DNA of 44,635 nt, filler included, from Catajapyx aquilonaris (lineage: Eukaryota): the NCBI GenBank assembly GCA_000934665.2. It is 2 parts of 2 records of this genome, joined end to end, with 100 filler letters (N's around TTAATTAATTAA, not from the genome) between each part and the next. Parts side by side here need not be neighbours in the genome. Positions count along the whole stretch, not along the records: positions 22,437 to 44,635 come from KZ539436.1; 1 more part is not named here. One strand, given 5' to 3'. A program made the position numbers and the translations under genes. The notes under the pieces are model-generated. The model worked only from the letters and a program-made list of their open reading frames with translations, was not told the origin of the DNA and made no database searches. Shown piece after piece: positions 36,823 to 44,635 of this stretch (position 1 is the stretch's first letter; each line of letters starts with the position of its first letter).

Positions 36823-36933
36823 GGGTGGAATTTTCGTCGTACTACTATAGTTACTGCTAACTTAGCAGTATCAATGCATTACACTGGTACTGCTGAGTTA
36901 AAAGTAACTAGTAGTACGACGAAAATTCCACCC
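36823..36933. mobile_element. ~110-bp hairpin mini-MITE with 3-bp duplication AAT
   Basis: AAT|GGGTGGAATTTTCGTCGTACTACTA...TAGTAGTACGACGAAAATTCCACCC|AAT. Confidence 0.7.
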
Positions 36934-38092
36934 AATAACGACAGAAAACCTGATCGGATCTGTAGATAAGGTCCAGATGACAGGACAATCATAGTCACAC
37001 AATCAATCAAAATTTAGTTATGCAATGCAGTAAATAATTTGTATTTCAAAGGCAACTCATCCCATCTTCCTCCTTACTGCATTCCACCCATTTCGGATGG
37101 GTGGCAGCTGCCTATGAAAGATGGTCAGAAACATAATTATTATTTTATTGTTGTGTGAATTATGAATGACTATGAAGTAAGTTTGAGGAAGAATTCCAGC
37201 CTCCAAAATAAACACCGTATATGTGAAAAAATGGGCCCCATACTGCCCAATGAAATCTTCAATCTTCAAATCATTCAAATGTGACTGATCGTTCTATACA
37301 TTTCATGCCTTCATTATTTTAAGAGTCGCAGATTATTGCCTACCCAAGTATATTTGACCACGTGCTCTAGATCTCGAAGTTCTTCAGTACAGCATATTTT
37401 TCTAGATCGGCGTAAACTCTGGGGAGAACCTTTGTGGTTTAGACTAGTCTTGCAATGTCTGGCTGTAGACATCCATTTACTTGAATTTGATACGAAGCCA
37501 AGATGAACGTTGCCACACTGCTCTGCTGATGTTTCTCTCTCTTGGCCTCCTGTTTATACTTGGGAAGGCTAAACAACGACACTTTTTGGCTACAAACCAG
37601 CATAATTTCAGACAAATTATTCACTGAACCAGAGGAAACTTTTTGCATTACACTATCAGAGCGGCAGCATATTGCATGATGCAGACTAATCTACAAAATG
37701 GGATGAACTGCAGCCTGCAGAAGCATAGATATGGAGATTAATCCTATTGTTTACGCTTTGTTGACCTTACGAACTAACTTGGGCTTATTTGCTATAGGGA
37801 TGATCTCCAAATCAGCAAACGAGAAACTTACTGAAGCCCATAGAGTTTTTAAAACTGACAATGAAAAACTAATTAACGAGTGTGCTGTAGGGTCTGCTTG
37901 TCATTAAATAGAGAGAGGATGAAAAATATTCATCACACACACACTCTCTCTCACACACACACAAAAATCAAGCATGAAAATTAGAAGTAGCCTACTGTAT
38001 TAGGCATTAATATGTTAGGACGTCTTCTCAATAGATTTTTTGGTGTAATGATTTCATAGATGAAAAATCCAAAAGATTGCATGTTCCTGGTC

Positions 38093-38158
38093 ACACTGGT
38101 CATGTTCTTATTTTAGTCAGTTCTATAGAACTGACTAAAATAAGAACATGACCAGTGT
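38093..38158. repeat. Perfect 66-bp spacerless palindrome
   Basis: ACACTGGTCATGTTCTTATTTTAGTCAGTTCTA|TAGAACTGACTAAAATAAGAACATGACCAGTGT. Confidence 0.95.
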
Positions 38159-39046
38159 TCTGTGTCATACGGTTATTCATGCGGATCGAGTTTTAAAAAT
38201 ATTTTAATAGCTGTAGTTGTTGAGACAACAATTCATTACCAGTACAATAGAAAACGTGATCCGATCACGACGCGTTAATCCCGTGCGAATGGCTCTATTG
38301 TCGTATTTACAATTAATGACACATTTAAAAAAATACAGTATAGATCAATCGAATATTTTCCATCTAAGAAAAGTATTTCTACAGTATCCCAAAATGAGGT
38401 GGTGGTTTTAAAAAGCATGTGATTCCTTAACCTATAATAATAATTATAGGCCTAAAATGTAGTGATTATACTGCTACGTATGTGTGTCGTCGTCGTCTTC
38501 CCTCTACATATGAGAAATGTTATTCCCTGCCATTCGGATGGACGTTTGGCTAATAATAATTAGTAATAATTATTATTATGATTGATATGGCTCGTGGAAT
38601 TCATTGCATACACTGAACTCTTCAAGTTCATGGAAGGCATTCAGAAATGTGTATGGGAAATATTAGCAAAATGTTATTGAATGACGAGTATTTTGCTATA
38701 TTCAAAACTCGATACCGTTTTGACACAGGTTGTCATTTACTAGTGTCGTATGTTAGAGACATGTCACAGTCTTCTCATGGACTAAAATGTCGGAACAGGA
38801 ATATTAAAGAGCCCCATAACCCTTACATTCCAATGGCTATTCGCACTGGACACGGCACTGGACACCTCTTCACTCTGAACACGCTGCTGTCCTTGTCCAT
38901 TGTAATTATTCTTTGACTATTTGGTACTACAAACATGCGTGCTCTAGAGCAGAAGGTAGGCCCACGGTACCGGTATATCACCAGCACCACGTTGTTCCCT
39001 TATTCCAGCTTGCCCGGACATCGCCTCCGTACCTCATTCGACAAAA

Positions 39047-39506
39047 ATGAAGCAGATGTCCTGCGTGAGCATGGCCGCCGCTGCCATGTTGACCATCCAT
39101 ATTTTGCTGCTTGTTCCCAGGTGAGCTTCTTCAGGTAGCCTACTGTACAGTACATTACCAGTGTGGACTGATGCATAACGGTGACATTGTTACAGCGGCA
39201 GCCAGGCTTCGTCCGTGTTCCGGTGCGACGATTGCCCCGGTGGCGAATGCCCAGATCCAACAAACTGTCGCTACGGCATCACTCTGGATCACTGCAACAA
39301 AAAAGTCTGCGCTAAGGTATGATACTTCGTAGTGCTTCATTGTACTGTAATTCTAACATGTACCATGTTTGCAGGGACCTGGCGAGCGCTGTGGCGGGGC
39401 ATTCAAGATGCTTGGTGACTGCGGCGATGGGATGAGTTGCAGATGCGGACGATGCTCTGGGTGTTCGCTGGACACCTTCGAGTGCTACGACCACACATGC
39501 CTGTGA
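39047..39506 (+). CDS. NP: Neuroparsin precursor (IGFBP-like Cys-rich neurohormone), exons 39047-39120, 39196-39316, 39375-39506 (108 aa)
   Basis: The spliced product is MKQMSCVSMAAAAMLTIHILLLVPSGSQASSVFRCDDCPGGECPDPTNCRYGITLDHCNKKVCAKGPGERCGGAFKMLGDCGDGMSCRCGRCSGCSLDTFECYDHTCL*. It has a signal peptide plus the neuroparsin hallmark CAKGPGxxCGG...CGxGxxCxCGxCxGCS. Introns are GT-AG (75 and 58 nt), with AATAAA at 39557. Confidence 0.93.
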
Positions 39507-40075
39507 TCAATTTTAACTACTTCTTATTTATGATCTTGACGCTGCTGACACTTTCCAATAAATCGGACTCAATTTCGTGTTTGCCTAAATCGGTCCCTTT
39601 CTGTGCCAAGATTTTGGCAACCATGAAAGAAGGCCAACAACTGGTCAATTATTTCCTTATTTTCTTGCTACATGCTCCTTCATAATCTCAGCATTTCAGT
39701 TTTTACATGATCTCTATATCCTCCGAACGTGCATGGGAAAAAAGTTGTATTTTCTGGGAGAAGTGAAATTCCAAATATGGCGTTTAAAATATGAATCTTT
39801 ATTCGTATTAGGACGGACACGCCACGAAAGCATGCACTGATATCCAGTACGGTATACGAAGGACGTCAACAACAATAATATTATTATAAGGCAAATCTGG
39901 CTTTCCTCTACTGCTGCCTGCGATAGGCATTGACTTGTGGAATAATATTGTTTGGAGGTGCAGGACGGAAGAAAGGTAAAAGACAACGAGCGAGTACGGA
40001 CGGAAGGTGTAACATAGCAGGCACGCGCTTATGAAGTGGAAGATGCCTTGCATTAAAGGAAGAAAAGCCATTTAG

Positions 40076-43000
40076 CTAAGGAGATACAGGGCGCCCTTGC
40101 TTGTCCATCTGCTTGCGAACTTTGTATCCTCTGAATCCTGCTTGGATGGTGGTGGCTGCTCCAATAAGGCGCCGCTCAGCAGCATCAGTTTCCTCCTCCT
40201 GTCGTTTTCTCTTCCACTCCTTCCGAGTCTTGTACCTGTAAGAAGGTTTCAACCATCAGATTAAGTGATCCATAAGTTCTTTCCTCACCGATCCTATAGT
40301 ACGGTATCGCTTAATTTGATCAGCTATTCAGTTGTAGAAATTTCTTCCCCTCTTAAACCACATCGTAGAGGTAATATATTACTCGTAAAATAATGAAATG
40401 TCTTTAAAAACTTCGCAAGATCTTAATTTCACATCATAAAGGGAAAATAACTATTGCAACCACGGTGTAAATACACTCGACCTATTTGTGGAGCTCAGTG
40501 ATTTTATCTGATCTTGCAAATATAATACAAGTTCTTACTTGAGCAATGTATTATTAGCAGTATCTTTATTTTATCACTGCCAGTTTTGTCAATGATAAGT
40601 CATTTCTTTCTTCTTTGACAATCTTCTACTCTACACTAACCCTCTGAATCCTGCTTGGATTTTGGTTGCTGCTTGGCTCATTTGTCCCACGTCATCCCTT
40701 CCTTTTCCAGAGCCTCCTCCAGATCCACCACTCTTCTTCCTCTTTCTTTGCTGTTGATGTTTCAATTGCTGCCGCGTTTTGAAGCCACGGAAACCTGCTT
40801 GAATCTTCGTAGCTGCGTCTTCCATCTGAAACCATTCAGCGTGTTATAGTATTTGTGAGGGAGTGCTTATTAATCACAACATAAACTAAAGTTGCACTGG
40901 ACAGTACACTATGTTTTTTTGCATTTGGTTGATTACATAATTATGTGCCTTGCAGTAATGGAAAGGCGTGCACAGTCTTTTTACCTGAGTAGATGAGGAA
41001 GGCCTAGATGGAGTTGTTGCATTACTGGCACTGCGATTTCGTAGGCGTCGGCGAGTAAGAAACCCTCTTACGCCTGCCTGAATCTTGGTCGCAGCCAATT
41101 GGTCGCTATCACTGAAGTTCATCAACTGCTTAAACTTTCCTGTACTCCTAGGCCCATTATTGTGTTGCTGGCGCAGAGACTTGCGAGTCAGATATCCCCT
41201 AAAACCAGCCTGAATGCGGGTGGCCGCAGCGGTGGCTTCCAATTGGGATGACCCCTCACCTTCACCTGTGACTTCTTCGTCCTCCGACTGCAAAAAAAAA
41301 CAATACCGTACAGATAGTTAGTTCACACGATGATCCGTTTCATTAACCTACCTGAAGTTGAATGAAGTCAGTATCGGCATGGACGACGTCAGGGGGCCCT
41401 GGACCATCGGTTTCAGGTTGCTGCTGGGAGGAAGGAGGCTCTTGGAGAGTTGCTTGGGTACCCACTTCGGAAGTAGCTTGTTGATCACGTCGTTCCTCTT
41501 TCTGTCCAACGAAAAATGTGGCATTAATAATATTCATATAACGAGATAAGGGAAATAATATTATGATGCTGGTCAGAGAGGCAGTACCTGCTTGGACTTG
41601 TGACGTCTACGACGTCTACGACGGGTAAGGAAGCCTCGCACTCCAGCCTGAATTTTGGTAGCAGCTTCATGCTGCTCCTCTCCAGCGGTAGATACCATTT
41701 CGAGTACTTCTCCATCTGTAAGTTGCTGCTTTTTCGAACCTTCAGGTTGGTCAGGCGCCGTGGGTTCTACTGGTGAAGTCAGTCTCAAGTTTGGTGGAGG
41801 CTCTACCTCGGCCAGGACCTGAATAATTTACATATAATGTCTTTAGTATATATCTACATGGTTTTAATTTGTAATAGTTCATTTATTATTAAGACAGAAT
41901 GATATTTCGGAAACTTACTTGTTGTACCATATCTTCGTCCATTCCGGCCCTCAACTCATGCCACACTTCACGGTCCAAGGCGCTGTTTCCACTCAAATTT
42001 TCAGCCGGCGCCTTTGACCCTTCCTTTTTGACTTCTGTCTCCTGATTTTTTTTGTCACTATTTGTTATCTCTTCACTCTCGCTGGGACTGTTAGGCGTTT
42101 CGGCTGGACTAGACTTTTCTTCTAATGGAGTCGAGGGAGTCTGTGTAGGAGACAAGACTATGCTTGTTGAGTCTGCAGCTATCTCAGTCTTCGACGTTGT
42201 ACCAGGAGATGTAACAGTTTGTTCTGCAGCCTCTGGTATATTGGCTGCTGGAGCTTCCAGACTTGCAGTTTCAGATGGGGTCTTAAAACTCTGTTCCGAA
42301 GGAGTAGTTGGAAGTGTTACTGATGCTGATGGGGTAGGACTTGGTGGAACACTTTTCGATATTACTGGATCAGGACTTGGTAAAACCGAAGTCGCAAGGT
42401 TTTCAGGAAGTATCGGTGGGGAACTAGACACAACTTCGGGCGATGCTGACGGAGCAGGACTTGCCGGAACTGTTGCAGGTGCTGATAAAGCAGGACTCGG
42501 CGCAGTTGCTGCTGGTGCTGACGGAGCAGGACTCGATTCAACAGGTGCAGGTTCTGATGGAGCAGGACTCGACTCAACAGCTGCGAGTGCTGCTGGAGGA
42601 GGACTTGGTGGTAGTGTTGCAGATGCTGATGGTGTAGGGCTTGGTGGAACTGTTGCAGGGGTTGACAAAACAGGACTAGTCGGGTTTACTGCAGGTGTCG
42701 CGGATGGTGCTGGGCTAGTTTGGTCTGCTGCCGATTCTGATGACTCAGGTATTGTCGAATCGGCTGCAGACGCTGCTGGAGTAGAACTTGAAGGAATTGT
42801 TTCAGGAGCCAGTGGAGCAGGACTTGAGGGGATGGTTTCAGCTGCAGATGGGGCTGGACTTGGAGAAACTGACGCAGGTCCTGCTGGGTCAGGACTTGGT
42901 GATTTTTCCGTGGAAGCTGCAGGAGTTTCCGAACATGCTGTCGGTTCTGATGGTGTAGGACTCTGTGGTTTTATAGGAGATGATGGCGCCGAACTGTCTT

Positions 43001-44132
43001 GCTTTTCCATAGGCGCAGATGGCACGGGGCTTTCGGTATTTGCTGCAGGCGAAGCTGATGGCGAAGAACTTGGTTTAACTGTTGGGGATGTGGGTGGAAC
43101 AGGGCTACTCTTTTCTTGTAATGTCGGAGTAGTGGGTCCGGTATTGTCTATCGGCGTAGTAGTTGTGGATGAAGCCACTGGAGTTGCAAGAACATGACTT
43201 GAAGGCGCTTCTGCTGATTCAGATGGAGAAGGAGCTGATGGCGGACTTTTTACCGGTGCTGATTTCCCAGGACTTGTTGGAGCTGCTGGTGGTGATGGCG
43301 ATGCAGGACTTGCATCTGCTGAAGGCGCTGATGGAGATGCGCTTTTTGACTCTTCTACGGCAGGACTCCGTGGAACTGTTTGTGCTAACGGAGCAGCATC
43401 AGAAGGATCTGTTAAATTCAGACTTGCCTTTTCTGATGGCACAGGACTTGGCGGTACTGCTGTACCTGATGATTCTCTAGGACTTGTCGGACTTTTTGTC
43501 GGCGATGACTGTGTAGGACTAGTCGGATCTGCTGGTGTGGCAATCCTTTTTTCTGAACTCGACTTGCGTTCCACTGGTACTGGACTATGTTGTCCAGAAG
43601 AAACTTCTGAAGTGTTGCTAATCAACGCTTCAGGTGATTCTGCAGGCGTCATTAACCTTGTTTTTGACGACGAAGAGTCATGTGTTGCTGTTGGGGAAGT
43701 TCCTCCTGAACCCAGAGATTTCTGATCTTCAATGGTTCCAGCCTCTTGTTCTGGCTGAGATAGCTCATTTCCCGCAGGTGTAGGAATGGCAGTCTTTTCT
43801 GCAGCAACATTTTCTACAGGACTTGTGCTTGTCGGAGTGACCGGACTAGTCTCCGACCCATCTTTTCTGTCTGGGCTTTTCGGGCTTGCAGATTTTGATG
43901 GCGACACAGGTACTGAAGGTGTTTCTTTCTCTGGTGTCGAGTTGTCTGCGGTTTCTGATACTCGCCCTGTTGAGTCAGGCGTCACTGCTGCTTCCGGACT
44001 CTTCGGTTTTGGTGACTCGACTGCCGCAGATGTCACTTCTTCCTTTGGACTTGGTTGCTCATTCGCAGCCGTGTCTGGACTTCCTTCTGACTTGGGAAGA
44101 TCAGACGTCACAGAACTCGGGGATCCGATTGA
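40076..44132 (-). CDS. Large Pro/Ser/Thr/Ala-rich protein with six IQ calmodulin-binding motifs (GAP-43/igloo-like), 5'-partial; exons 44132-41919, 41818-41588, 41501-41352, 41287-40985, 40825-40641, 40235-40076
   Basis: Six exons join in frame through GT-AG introns (phases 0,0,0,0,2), giving 1080 visible aa ending ...KQGRPVSP*. Six copies of AATxIQAG[FV]RG[FY]xxR are present. The start codon lies beyond the window end. There is a minus-strand AATAAA at 39803-39798. Confidence 0.88.
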
Positions 44133-44242
44133 CTGAGGAAGTAATCATGGCATGATCAATTAATGCCGGGTTATTGTATACTTACAAACAATAAAAACTA
44201 TATTATACAGTATATAACTGATCCCAGCTAAAGCGAAAACTT

Positions 44243-44408
44243 GCCGTATGGTACTTGCTTACTAAGGAAATTTTGTTTTGTTCCGGCGCAGAATTTTTAA
44301 AATTTAATAATTCTGCCCCGGAACAAAACAAAATTTCCTTAGTAAGCAAGTACCATACGGCTACAAGTATGCAACAGAAAGACATTTAATGTCTTTCTGT
44401 TGCATACT
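44243..44408. repeat. Two adjacent hairpins (44243-44361 and 44366-44408) in an intron of the IQ gene
   Basis: GCCGTATGGTACTTGCTTACTAAGGAAATTTTGTTTTGTTCCGG... with its reverse complement; AGTATGCAACAGAAAGACATT-T-AATGTCTTTCTGTTGCATACT. Confidence 0.9.
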
Positions 44409-44540
44409 GTATAACGGAAACTTCTTTAGTACCGAAAATCTTTGCGGTACTGAGTGACTACTTTATAGTTAGTTTTTATTGTGTTTATAACTGCAAGATA
44501 AAACCAATAATATTATTATTATTTCATTTTTATAGACTCA

Positions 44541-44635
44541 CTAGCAGGATACCCGGCGTTGCTCGGGTTATGAAAGACTTTTCCATAGGAGTGACTCATT
44601 GATTTAGTAGTAACCTTTGCAATAATTATGGCTAT
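44541..44635 (-). mobile_element. Helitron 3' end (element continues beyond the window)
   Basis: The minus strand reads CCCGAGCAACGCCGGG (GC hairpin)-TATCCTG-CTAG|T, the canonical Helitron 3' signature. Confidence 0.7.

Noticed and set aside
38935..39685. Several overlapping short ORFs in the track
   Set aside because: Wrong-frame or antisense readings of the spliced neuroparsin gene.
42052..43197. 381-aa Gly/Ala/Val-rich ORF on the + strand (also 43163-44155)
   Set aside because: Antisense shadow of the low-complexity Pro/Ser/Thr exon. It has a non-ATG start, while the - strand has the splice sites and the in-frame link to the IQ exons.

Overview
Eukaryotic, intron-containing arthropod genomic DNA, probably a pancrustacean/hexapod given the 14-Cys neuroparsin. 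An artificial 100-bp linker (N44-TTAATTAATTAA-N44 at 22337-22436) splits the window, so the two halves may not be contiguous. The left half is mostly non-coding: MITEs, DNA-transposon relics, a tRNA-derived SINE and microsatellites, plus one orphan first coding exon of a secreted protein (19376-19705). The right half holds four spliced genes that I reconstructed by hand from GT-AG sites with consistent phases: mRpL40 (+, 5 exons, 225 aa); a TRC8/RNF145-like membrane RING-H2 E3 ligase (-, 4 exons, 401 aa); a complete neuroparsin precursor missed by the ORF track (+, 3 exons, 108 aa); and the 3' part of a large Pro/Ser/Thr-rich protein with six GAP-43/igloo-like IQ motifs (-). The most notable non-genic items are a ~265-bp TSD-flanked insert carrying a folded, RTE-5'UTR-like RNA; a ~790-bp-arm foldback element nested in another MITE's TIR inside an mRpL40 intron; two SINE copies with different tails; and several perfect palindromes. 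I found no clearly new biological system; the structured retroposon and the orphan secreted exon are the best leads. Family assignments come from recalled motifs, not database searches.
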